DNA of 64,000 nucleotides from an uncultured Actinomycetota bacterium. Its GTDB lineage: Bacteria; Actinomycetota; Actinomycetes; S36-B12. The first letter of the stretch is position 1, and each line of letters begins with the position of its first letter. A program made the position numbers and the translations under genes. Under the pieces are notes generated by a model. It saw nothing but the letters and a program-made list of their open reading frames with translations. It searched no databases and was not told where the DNA came from. This document shows, one piece after another, positions 23,989-31,340 of this stretch. The stretch covers positions 208,162-272,161 of the forward strand of contig CAVVOF010000006.1 in NCBI GenBank assembly GCA_963749905.1. The letters run 5' to 3'.

Positions 23989-24819
23989 TCACTCCACCGG
24001 GACCGCGACGAGGCCGGCGTCCTCCGAGGAGAGCTGGCCGGTCAGGTCGAGGAGGGTCGCGTCCTCCCAGAGGCTGTTCTCCGTCACCTTCTTCTTGCCG
24101 GCCTTCGCGGCCTTGGCCTTCTTGTCGGCCTTCGCAGGCGTCGGGTCGGCACCGGCGAGTGTCGGGTCGAGCAGTTCGTCGGGCGAGGCGCCCGCGGCAG
24201 CGGCTGCCGTGGCGGCAGCAGCAGCGGCGTCGGCCGCGGCGGGGTCGTAGTCGGCGCCGGGCGACACGGGCAGATCCGCCCCGCCGTTGTCGACGGCCTC
24301 GGTCACGGTCGCGTCCGCCGGGGTCAGCAGGCGGGGTGTCGAGGAGCGCGGTCCGAGCGCCGCCTTCGGCTCGCCCAGGACCCGTCCCGTCGTGAGGTTG
24401 AGGAAGACCGGGTTCTCACTGGGCACCATGCCGAGGCTGCGGGCCTGCGACTCGAGCCGATCCGGGGCGGCGGCCGCGGCCACCAGTTCCGCGAGGGTCT
24501 GCTCCTGCTGCGACAGATCCGCGCGCTGGGCCTGCAGCTCGCTGACGGTGAAGGCGCCCTGCGCGAGCGACGTGTTGATGACGAGGATCAGCACCATGCC
24601 GATACCGAGCATCCCGGTCACCAGGAGGGCGAACACGCCCCGGCTGGCCCGCTCGGGACGCAGCGGGGTGACCATGCGCAGGTGCGGCCGGGTGGACCGG
24701 TGGGCGCGGGCACCGCGCGTCGCGTACTCGGTGGCCGAAGTGCTGCCGACCTGACCCGGCTCAGCGGCTTCGGCGGCCGGCTCGGGCAGGTCCTCGTGCT
24801 TGCGGGCGGCGGAGGTCAT
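23989..24819 (-). CDS. FtsL-like septation membrane protein with an Ala/Pro/Lys-rich tail
   Basis: ATG 24819 forms an ATGA overlap with the rsmH stop. It has a single TM ([20 protein letters not shown]) and a short coiled coil ([19 protein letters not shown]). It holds the conserved slot between rsmH and ftsI. Confidence 0.65.
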   Translation of the reverse strand: MTSAARKHEDLPEPAAEAAEPGQVGSTSATEYATRGARAHRSTRPHLRMVTPLRPERASRGVFALLVTGMLGIGMVLILVINTSLAQGAFTVSELQAQRADLSQQEQTLAELVAAAAAPDRLESQARSLGMVPSENPVFLNLTTGRVLGEPKAALGPRSSTPRLLTPADATVTEAVDNGGADLPVSPGADYDPAAADAAAAAATAAAAAGASPDELLDPTLAGADPTPAKADKKAKAAKAGKKKVTENSLWEDATLLDLTGQLSSEDAGLVAVPVE

Positions 24820-25766
24820 GCCGCGCTCCGGGTGCGCTCGGCGGCCCGCACGCGCACGGAGGCGGCTCGGGGGTTCGCGGCGATCTCGTCGTCGTCGGCC
24901 AGCTCGGCGCCGCGGGTCAGCAGCCGCAACCACGGCTGGAGCGACTCGGGCACCACGGGCAGGCCCGCCGGCACGTCCGGGTGCGCCCCGACCGCGAGTG
25001 CGCGCTTGACGATGCGGTCCTCGAGCGACTGGTAGGACATCACGACGATGCGGCCACCGACGGCCAGCGCGTCGATGGCAGCGGGGATGGCCCGGCGCAG
25101 CGCGTCGAGTTCACCGTTGACCTCGATGCGCAGGGCCTGGAAGGTGCGCTTGGCCGGGTTGCCGCCGGTGCGCCGAGCGGCCGCCGGGATCGCGGCGCGG
25201 ACCAGGTCCACCAGGCGGGCGGAGGTGGTGATGGGCGCCACGTTGCGCTCGACGACGATCCGCGCCGCGATTCGGCCGGCGAACTTCTCCTCGCCGTACT
25301 GCCGCAGCACCCGGGCGAGGTCCGCGGCGCTGTAGGTGTTGACGACGTCTGCGGCGGTGATGCCCGTCGTCGGGTCCATCCGCATGTCGAGGGGTGCGTC
25401 CTGGGAGTACGCGAAGCCGCGCTCGGCCTCGTCGAGCTGCATCGAGGAGACCCCGAGGTCGAACAGGATGCCCTGGATCTCGCGGTAGCCGAGGTCCGCG
25501 AGCACGTCGGGCAGTTCGTCGTAGACGGCGTGCACGAGGGTGACCCGCTCGCCGAAACCCGCCAGCCGCTCGCCGGACAGGCGCAAGGCTTCGGGGTCGC
25601 GGTCCAGGCCGACCAGCCGCAGGTCGGGGAAGTCCGTCAGCGCCTGCTCCGCGTGACCGCCCAGCCCGAGGGTGGCGTCGACCAGCACGGCTCCGGGCGA
25701 CTCCAGCGCCGGAGCGAGCAGGGCGATCACCCGGTCCCGCAGGACGGGGACGTGGCGGGCAGGCAT
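24816..25766 (-). CDS. rsmH: 16S rRNA m4C1402 methyltransferase RsmH (MraW)
   Basis: [40 protein letters not shown]. The longer ORF start at 26096 adds only Arg/Pro-rich sequence. Confidence 0.93.
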   Translation of the reverse strand: MPARHVPVLRDRVIALLAPALESPGAVLVDATLGLGGHAEQALTDFPDLRLVGLDRDPEALRLSGERLAGFGERVTLVHAVYDELPDVLADLGYREIQGILFDLGVSSMQLDEAERGFAYSQDAPLDMRMDPTTGITAADVVNTYSAADLARVLRQYGEEKFAGRIAARIVVERNVAPITTSARLVDLVRAAIPAAARRTGGNPAKRTFQALRIEVNGELDALRRAIPAAIDALAVGGRIVVMSYQSLEDRIVKRALAVGAHPDVPAGLPVVPESLQPWLRLLTRGAELADDDEIAANPRAASVRVRAAERTRSAA

Positions 25767-25774
25767 GGTCACGG

Positions 25775-25906
25775 TCACGCCCAGATATCCACGACCGAGG
25801 CGAGGGCGACGAGCGCGCCCACGGTGAGCGCGAGCGCGGCAGCGAGGACGCCTGTCGTGCGCAGCAGGCTGCGGACGGGCTGTCCGGGTTGGGTCAGGCT
25901 GGTCAT
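25775..25906 (-). CDS. Candidate 43-aa single-TM small protein between mraZ and rsmH
   Basis: Below the ORF-track size cutoff. It reads [49 protein letters not shown]. 38 of 43 codons end in G/C. The SD-like aagggggagag sits directly upstream, and the stop is 8 nt before the rsmH ATG. Confidence 0.35.
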   Translation of the reverse strand: MTSLTQPGQPVRSLLRTTGVLAAALALTVGALVALASVVDIWA

Positions 25907-25939
25907 CTCTCCCCCTTCTGGTCAGAAGGTCGCGGTCGG

Positions 25940-25979
25940 GATCGGTGCGGTGGTGCGGTGATCGGTGCGGTGGTCGGTC
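25940..25979. repeat. Imperfect 20-nt tandem duplication in the mraZ-rsmH spacer
   Basis: gatcggtgcggtggtgcggt followed by gatcggtgcggtggtcggtc. Confidence 0.7.
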
Positions 25980-26108
25980 GGGTGTGGTGGCTGCTGGTTC
26001 CGTGTGGCCAGGTCCCCGCCCGCTGTTTCCAGCGAGCCCCTGGCACGGGGGAAGTCGTGTCAGGAGCGAGGTGCGAGGAGCGGGAGGAGACCTCACCGCA
26101 CGGCGCCG

Positions 26109-26546
26109 TCAGATGCCCGGGAGCACCTCCTCACTGAGGCCGGAGAAGGCCTCCTCCTGCTCGGCCAGGTAGCTGGCCCAGGTCTCGGCATCCCAGATCT
26201 CGGCGGTCGGTCCCTTGCCCACGACCACGACCTCGCGGTCCAGGCCGGCGTACTCGCGCAACTGCGCGGGCACCGTGATGCGGCCCTGCTTGTCGGGAAT
26301 CTCGTCGGAGGCTCCGGAGAAGAGCACCCGGGCGTAGGCCTGGATCCGAGGGCTGGACTTCGAGGTCTCGTTGAGCTGGGCCGCGTAGTCGGCGAACTCC
26401 TGCGCCGGCCAGACCACGATGGCGCGGTCCTGGCCCTTGGTCAGCACCAGGCCGCCGGCCAGCGCCTCACGGAACTTGGCGGGCAGGACCAGCCGGCCCT
26501 TGTCGTCGAGGCGAGGCGTGTGCGTGCCCAGGAATCCTAGGAACAT
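26109..26546 (-). CDS. mraZ: Transcriptional regulator MraZ
   Basis: [26 protein letters not shown] and a second SpoVT/AbrB-like half, [13 protein letters not shown]. Confidence 0.93.
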   Translation of the reverse strand: MFLGFLGTHTPRLDDKGRLVLPAKFREALAGGLVLTKGQDRAIVVWPAQEFADYAAQLNETSKSSPRIQAYARVLFSGASDEIPDKQGRITVPAQLREYAGLDREVVVVGKGPTAEIWDAETWASYLAEQEEAFSGLSEEVLPGI

Positions 26547-26600
26547 CCACCTCACCTCCCCCTCTAGCCCCGGCTACACCCCTGGCACCTCCAGGTGTCG

Positions 26601-26634
26601 CCACTGTACTCCACTTTCCTCCACCGTCAACCAC
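26601..26634 (-). promoter_or_regulatory. Predicted MraZ operator: four GTGG boxes with exact 10-bp phasing
   Basis: ccac occurs at 26601, 26611, 26621 and 26631 on the plus strand. On the coding strand this reads GTGGTTGACG GTGGAGGAAA GTGGAGTACA GTGG. The boxes lie 55-88 nt upstream of the mraZ start. Confidence 0.55.
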
Positions 26635-26674
26635 ATTCCCCCCATGTCTGCCCGCGTCCCCCTCCACTCCCCTC

Positions 26675-26746
26675 CCCCGTCCGTCTTGAGGTTGGTGGTC
26701 GGATTTCGGGCAGCAGGCGACCACCAACCTCAAGACGGACGAGGGG
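26675..26746. repeat. Type-B palindromic hairpin repeat, copy 1
   Basis: Left arm cccccgtccgtcttgaggttggtggtcg, 16-nt loop gatttcgggcagcagg (26702-26717), right arm cgaccaccaacctcaagacggacgagggg. It begins 15 nt downstream of the sigma-gene stop. Confidence 0.82.
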
Positions 26747-26760
26747 TGGGGCGGATGGGG

Positions 26761-27537
26761 CTAGGAATCGAGGCGCGCGCGCAGCCGCGCGGCCACCTCC
26801 GGCGAGACGACGGTGTCCGGATCGCGGAGGGCGCCGGCACAGGCATGGACCCCGACCAGCGCGGACACAAGGGGCGGGCAGGTGGGGCAGGCGGACAGGT
26901 GCCGCTCGAGGACGACGGCCGTGTCGGCGTCCACCTCCCCGTCGAGGTAGTCCGACACCCGGCTGCGCGCATCCCAGCAACGCAGCGGCACCCCGCGCAG
27001 CGCCACCCGGCGCTCATGCCCGTCCGCCAGCGCGCTGACCAGCATCATCCGGCCCCGGCGCAGGCGCTGCTTGGCGGCCGGCAGGTCGACGTCTGTCAGC
27101 TCCGCGGCCTCGCGCACCGTCAGGCCCTCGACATCGTGCAGCACGACGGCCGCGCGGTAGATGACCGGCAGCCGTACCAGGGCGTCCTCGAGCTCCTCGC
27201 GGGTCTCTGCGGCGGCCACGACGGCGGCGGCGTCGACCGAGTACTCATCCGACATCCAGCGTTCCTCGACCTCGTCGACGAGGATCTCGCGGTCCTTCCG
27301 CGAGCGGTCGATGGCGAGGTTGGTGATCACCCGCCGCAGCCACGCGTCCATGTCCCGGATGTCGGCGAGCTGCTCCCGCCGCTCGAACGCGCGCAGGATG
27401 GCCTCCTGGACGATGTCCTCCGCGGCGTGGCTGTCGCGGGTGAGGGAGCGGGCGTACGGCAGCAGGCGCGCGCCGCGCGCCGCGAGAAAAGCACCGGCCG
27501 ACTCCCCATCGGGAGCCGGCCAGGGCGAATCAGTCAC
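26761..27537 (-). CDS. ECF sigma-70 factor fused to a C-terminal zinc-binding anti-sigma (ZAS, HxxxCxxC) domain
   Basis: GTG 27537. Region 2 reads EDIVQEAILRAF...WLRRVITNLAIDRSRK. Region 4 reads LPVIYRAAVVLHDVEGLTVREAAELTDVDLPAAKQRLRRGR. Then comes DYLDGEVDADTAVVLERHLSACPTCPP, with no stop in between. Confidence 0.8.
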   Translation of the reverse strand: MTDSPWPAPDGESAGAFLAARGARLLPYARSLTRDSHAAEDIVQEAILRAFERREQLADIRDMDAWLRRVITNLAIDRSRKDREILVDEVEERWMSDEYSVDAAAVVAAAETREELEDALVRLPVIYRAAVVLHDVEGLTVREAAELTDVDLPAAKQRLRRGRMMLVSALADGHERRVALRGVPLRCWDARSRVSDYLDGEVDADTAVVLERHLSACPTCPPLVSALVGVHACAGALRDPDTVVSPEVAARLRARLDS

Positions 27538-27560
27538 GCGCTCATTGTGCCGTCGGTGGA

Positions 27561-27767
27561 TCAGGCGCGGCTCTTCGCGGTGGAGATGCCGAACACGCGG
27601 TAGAGGGGGCAGAACCCGGTGGCCGCGGTGATCAGCATGATGGCGGCGACCGCGAGGAGCACCCAGCCCAGCACCGAGCCGAAGCCCACTGCCCAGGCGC
27701 CCAGGACCGCGGCGATCGCGATGATGACGCGAATCACTCGATCGATGCCGTTCTCGTTGGTGGTCAT
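27561..27767 (-). CDS. DUF2892 (YgaP-like) small membrane protein
   Basis: ATG 27767 is preceded by aaggag. Sequence MTTNENGIDRVIRVIIAIAAVLG...TGFCPLYRVFGIST. Confidence 0.7.
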   Translation of the reverse strand: MTTNENGIDRVIRVIIAIAAVLGAWAVGFGSVLGWVLLAVAAIMLITAATGFCPLYRVFGISTAKSRA

Positions 27768-27854
27768 TGCCGACTCCTTCGCTGTTCGTGACCATCCCGG
27801 TGATGGCCCGTCATAGAGGAAGACGCACGAACCGGCCAAAGGGATACCGGATCT

Positions 27855-27925
27855 CCCCCGTCTGTCTTGAGGTTGGCGGTCGCCTTTGGCCCGGTTTCCG
27901 ACCGCCAACCTCAAGACAGACGGGG
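27855..27925. repeat. Type-B palindromic hairpin repeat, copy 2
   Basis: Left arm cccccgtctgtcttgaggttggcggtcg, 16-nt loop cctttggcccggtttc (27883-27898), right arm cgaccgccaacctcaagacagacgggg. It lies in the divergent spacer between the DUF2892 and DUF3048 genes. Confidence 0.82.
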
Positions 27926-27938
27926 AAGGGCGCGCGGC

Positions 27939-29162
27939 GTGTCCGGAGCATCGGTGCCGCCCACGTACGCTTCAGCGGTGATCCGGGTCGGGCGTGTCGT
28001 CGTCGTGGCGGCCGCCCTGCTGTCCGGCACCGCCCTCGCCGCCTGCACGACCACCCCCACGGCCACGCCGACGCCGACCCGCGGCGGCAGCCAGGGCACG
28101 GCCTCGACCAGCCCATCCGCAGCCCCGACGCCATCCGCGACGCCCACCCCCTCCCCCACGCCGACCTTCACCGTCACCGATCCCGCGACCCCGCAGCCGA
28201 CGTGGTGGTCGCCGCTCACCGGCCGGCCGGGCGACGGGCCGGAGCCGGTACTCGTCGTCAAGCTCGACAACACCACGTATGCGCAGCCGCACGCCGGCCT
28301 GACCAAGGCGGACGTGGTCTACGTCGAGGAGGTCGAGTACGGCATCACCCGCATCGCCGCCGTGTTCTCGAGTCGGGTGCCGACGCGCATCGGCCCGGTG
28401 CGGTCGGCGCGCATCACCGATGTCGACCTGCTCGCGCAATACGACAAGCCCGCCTTCGCCTACTCGGGCGCGCAGCGCAAGATGTACGCCGCCCTGGACG
28501 CCGCGCCGTTCCGGGACGTGTCGCCGAGGCGCGGGGCGGCGGGCTACTCGCGCGACTACAACCGCCGGGCCCCGTACAACTACTTCCTCGACGGCCGCGT
28601 CGCACTCGACCGCGCGCCGAAGGCCAGCCTCGCGACGGACATCGGCTTCACGTTCGACGAGGAGGTGCCGACCGGTGGACGGGTGGCCACGAAGGCCACC
28701 ATGCGCTGGGGCTACTCCTCCGCGGAATTCGACTACAGCCGCAAGCTCGGCGCGTACAAGGTCGGCCTCAACGGCGTCCGGGCCGGCGCCGAGGAGCGGG
28801 AGTCCGGCCAGCTGGCCGACACCGTCGTCCTCCAGTACGTGAGGCAGACGCCGTCGAAGTACTTCGACAAGGGCGGTGGCAACACCCCGCACGCCGAGAC
28901 CATCGGCGCTGGCAAGGCGTGGGTCCTGCGGGACGGGCTGGCCTGGAAGGTCGACTGGAATCGCCCAACGGCCGAGTCAGGCACCACGTTCACCCTGCCG
29001 GACGGCACGCCCCTGCCGTTCAAGCCCGGGCAGACCTGGGTCGTCCTCCTCGACAAGGACCGCAAGGCGACCGTCACCCCGTTGACGCAGCCGAAGCCTG
29101 CGCCGAGTCCCTCGCTCACCAGCAGCCCGGCACCCAGCAGCTCACCCACCAGCAGCTCCTGA
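27939..29162 (+). CDS. DUF3048-family lipoprotein
   Basis: The lipobox SGTALAAC is followed by a Thr/Pro-rich linker and PLTGRPGDGPEPVLVVKLDN...GITRIAAVF...RSARITDVDLL. The start could also be GTG 27978. Confidence 0.8.
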   Translation: MSGASVPPTYASAVIRVGRVVVVAAALLSGTALAACTTTPTATPTPTRGGSQGTASTSPSAAPTPSATPTPSPTPTFTVTDPATPQPTWWSPLTGRPGDGPEPVLVVKLDNTTYAQPHAGLTKADVVYVEEVEYGITRIAAVFSSRVPTRIGPVRSARITDVDLLAQYDKPAFAYSGAQRKMYAALDAAPFRDVSPRRGAAGYSRDYNRRAPYNYFLDGRVALDRAPKASLATDIGFTFDEEVPTGGRVATKATMRWGYSSAEFDYSRKLGAYKVGLNGVRAGAEERESGQLADTVVLQYVRQTPSKYFDKGGGNTPHAETIGAGKAWVLRDGLAWKVDWNRPTAESGTTFTLPDGTPLPFKPGQTWVVLLDKDRKATVTPLTQPKPAPSPSLTSSPAPSSSPTSSS

Positions 29163-29170
29163 GCACGGCA

Positions 29171-29199
29171 GAGCGCCCGCACACCGGGTGCGGGCGCTC
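29171..29199. terminator. Bidirectional stem-loop between convergent genes
   Basis: Perfect 12-bp stem gagcgcccgcac / gtgcgggcgctc with a 5-nt loop. It lies between the DUF3048 stop (29162) and the DUF2202 stop (29215). Confidence 0.6.
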
Positions 29200-29214
29200 C
29201 GAAGTCATCGGTGG

Positions 29215-29913
29215 CTACTGCAGGCAGCTGCCGTCCTGCAGTCCGGTGCCGGTCCCCGACTGCGTGCCCGCGCCCATGCCGCGGCCCTGCATGCCCGAGC
29301 CCATGCCGCGGCCCTGCATGCCCCGCCCGGCGGCGTTCTGACGGCCCATCCCGTTCTGGGCACCCGTGGCCGTGTCGCCCGAGGCCAGCCGGGTGAAGGC
29401 AGCCAGGTGCTTCTCCGAGCCGTTCTTCAGGGCCGTGAGCACCCGGGTCACGTCGGCTGCCGGCGAATCCGCGAGCGCATCCTCCAGATCGGCGATGTCG
29501 AGCTTCTCGATCGTGATGCCCACCTGGGCGGCCGCTGAAAGGGAGGCCTTGCCCTGCGCTACGAGATCGTTGTACAGCTTCTGCCACGTGGCATCGTCGA
29601 AGTAGCCGTATGCGTCGCCCGCGGTCGGGTCGGTGACGTCGTTGTTCGCCATGACCGTGCGCACGGCGTCGAGGTGCCGCTGCTCGGACGCGGCGATGCG
29701 GTCGAACTGGTTCACGTCGTAGAGATCGCCCAGCGCGGTGTAGACGTCGCGGGCCAGCTTCTCCTCAGTCGCCATGGACTGGAGCATGCTGGCGGTGTCG
29801 GCCGGTACGGCCGCCGATGCCGGACCGGCGAGGACGATGGCGCCGGGCACCGCGACGGCGAGCGCGGCTCCGATGCCGATGAGGCTGCGGGTGGCGGTGC
29901 GGGTGGCGTTCAT
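29215..29913 (-). CDS. Secreted DUF2202 (ferritin-like) protein with a Met/Gly-rich C-terminal tail
   Basis: Signal peptide ending PASAAV. Motifs EEKLARDVY, SEQRHLDAV, EKLDIADLE and GSEKHLAAF. The tail reads GRGMQGRGMGSGMQGRGMGAG. Confidence 0.7.
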   Translation of the reverse strand: MNATRTATRSLIGIGAALAVAVPGAIVLAGPASAAVPADTASMLQSMATEEKLARDVYTALGDLYDVNQFDRIAASEQRHLDAVRTVMANNDVTDPTAGDAYGYFDDATWQKLYNDLVAQGKASLSAAAQVGITIEKLDIADLEDALADSPAADVTRVLTALKNGSEKHLAAFTRLASGDTATGAQNGMGRQNAAGRGMQGRGMGSGMQGRGMGAGTQSGTGTGLQDGSCLQ

Positions 29914-30057
29914 GGTGTCCTCCTGGTCGTGGGTGGCGCTTCGTTGCGCACACCCCTGTTATCCACCCCGCATGTTGTGCCGCGGTCCGACGACCGTGAA
30001 GGACATGTAAATGCGCACCCGGTTGCGCGCCGCGAGCGCCCGATCGGGACCTTCGGC

Positions 30058-31191
30058 CTACTCCCGCAGGGCCAAAGGATCCGAGGAGCGCAGTTCGAGG
30101 TCGATCTCCGCAGGCGGCTCCAGGGGCCGACTGGCGGCCACCCCGAGATCGCTGAGTCGACGGGCCTGGCGCAGTGCCTGCCGGTCGAAGGAGCCGACGA
30201 ACGCGTTGTAGCCGCGCACCGCCTGGTCGAGTCCGCGCCTGAGGACCTCGAGATGCTCCACGAGCACGCCGAGTCGGGCCAGCATCTCAGCGCCGGCGGC
30301 GCGGACCTGCTCGGCGTTCTCGGCCATGAGCTGGCGCTGGTAGCCGAAGGACACCGTGCGCAGGAGCGCGAGCATCGTGGTGGGGGTCGCCAGCACGACG
30401 CGCCTCTCGAATGCCTTCTCCAGCAGCAGTCCGTCGACCTCGATGGCGCTGGACAGCAGGGATTCCAGGGGCAGGAACATCACCACGAAGTCCGGACTCG
30501 CGGCGCTGTCCGAGTAGCGCTTGGCCGACAGTTCGCGCACCCGGGCGGCCGTGTCCGTCGCGTGCTTGGCCAGCAGCGCCCGACGCTGTTCCGGATCGTC
30601 GGCGGCCATCGCCTGCCAGTAGGCGTCGAAGGGGAACTTCGCGTCGACGAGGATCTCCCCGCTCCCCGGCAGCATCACCACGATGTCTGGGCGGCTTGCC
30701 CCGTTCTCCCCCGCCCGCGTCTGCTGGCGGGCGAAGTGCGTGCCTTCGAGGAGGCCGGCGTGCTCGAGCAGCCGCTCGAGCTGCATCTCGCCCCACTGAC
30801 CGCGCGTCTGCCCCTTGGCCAGTGCCCCGGCGATGGTCGAGGTCGCCTCCTCGAGGGAGGCGTAGCGCTCGCGGAACGAGGACAGCTCGGTCGTGATGGC
30901 CGACTCCGCCGCGGCGCGCTCCCGACCGGCCTGCTCCGCCGTCCGACGCAGGCCGTCGAGGCTGTCCTGCACGCCTCGCAGCACGTCGTCGACCGCCTGC
31001 GCCGAGACCTGCTGCGCACGAAGCGCGTCGTTGTCCGAGCGCAGCGTCGCCACTGCACCCTCCGCACGCACCGCCCGGTCTCGTTCGCGGCGGGTGGCCC
31101 GGCCCACGACGACGACGGCGAGCACCCCGCCGATAGCGACGCCGATGACCACGCCGACGACCATGCCGATGACCAGACCTGATGCATCCAT
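30058..31191 (-). CDS. rmuC: DNA recombination protein RmuC
   Basis: N-terminal TM, long coiled coil, then GQWGEMQLERLLE...PDIVVMLP...ILVDAKFP...DFVVMFLP. Confidence 0.88.
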   Translation of the reverse strand: MDASGLVIGMVVGVVIGVAIGGVLAVVVVGRATRRERDRAVRAEGAVATLRSDNDALRAQQVSAQAVDDVLRGVQDSLDGLRRTAEQAGRERAAAESAITTELSSFRERYASLEEATSTIAGALAKGQTRGQWGEMQLERLLEHAGLLEGTHFARQQTRAGENGASRPDIVVMLPGSGEILVDAKFPFDAYWQAMAADDPEQRRALLAKHATDTAARVRELSAKRYSDSAASPDFVVMFLPLESLLSSAIEVDGLLLEKAFERRVVLATPTTMLALLRTVSFGYQRQLMAENAEQVRAAGAEMLARLGVLVEHLEVLRRGLDQAVRGYNAFVGSFDRQALRQARRLSDLGVAASRPLEPPAEIDLELRSSDPLALRE

Positions 31192-31340
31192 GGTCGCGAG
31201 CCTGCCCGGTCCGTCTGACATTGCGCGGATTCGGCACGCGGACACGCATCGCTGAGGGCCGCATGGCAGACTCGATTGCCCACTTGCCGGGCGTGGCCTC
31301 GACCGCGCCCGGCTGCCGACGAAGCGGAAGGGAAGGGTGC

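Noticed and set aside
24816-26096. N-terminally extended 426-aa RsmH.
   Set aside because: The extra ~110 residues are Arg/Pro-rich with no similarity to RsmH. The conserved N-terminus MPARHVPVL starts at 25766. The region is better explained by a spacer holding a small ORF or an RNA element.
31192-31340. Rifamycin-associated element upstream of the HelD-like gene.
   Set aside because: No ~19-bp GC-rich inverted repeat of that type is visible in the spacer.
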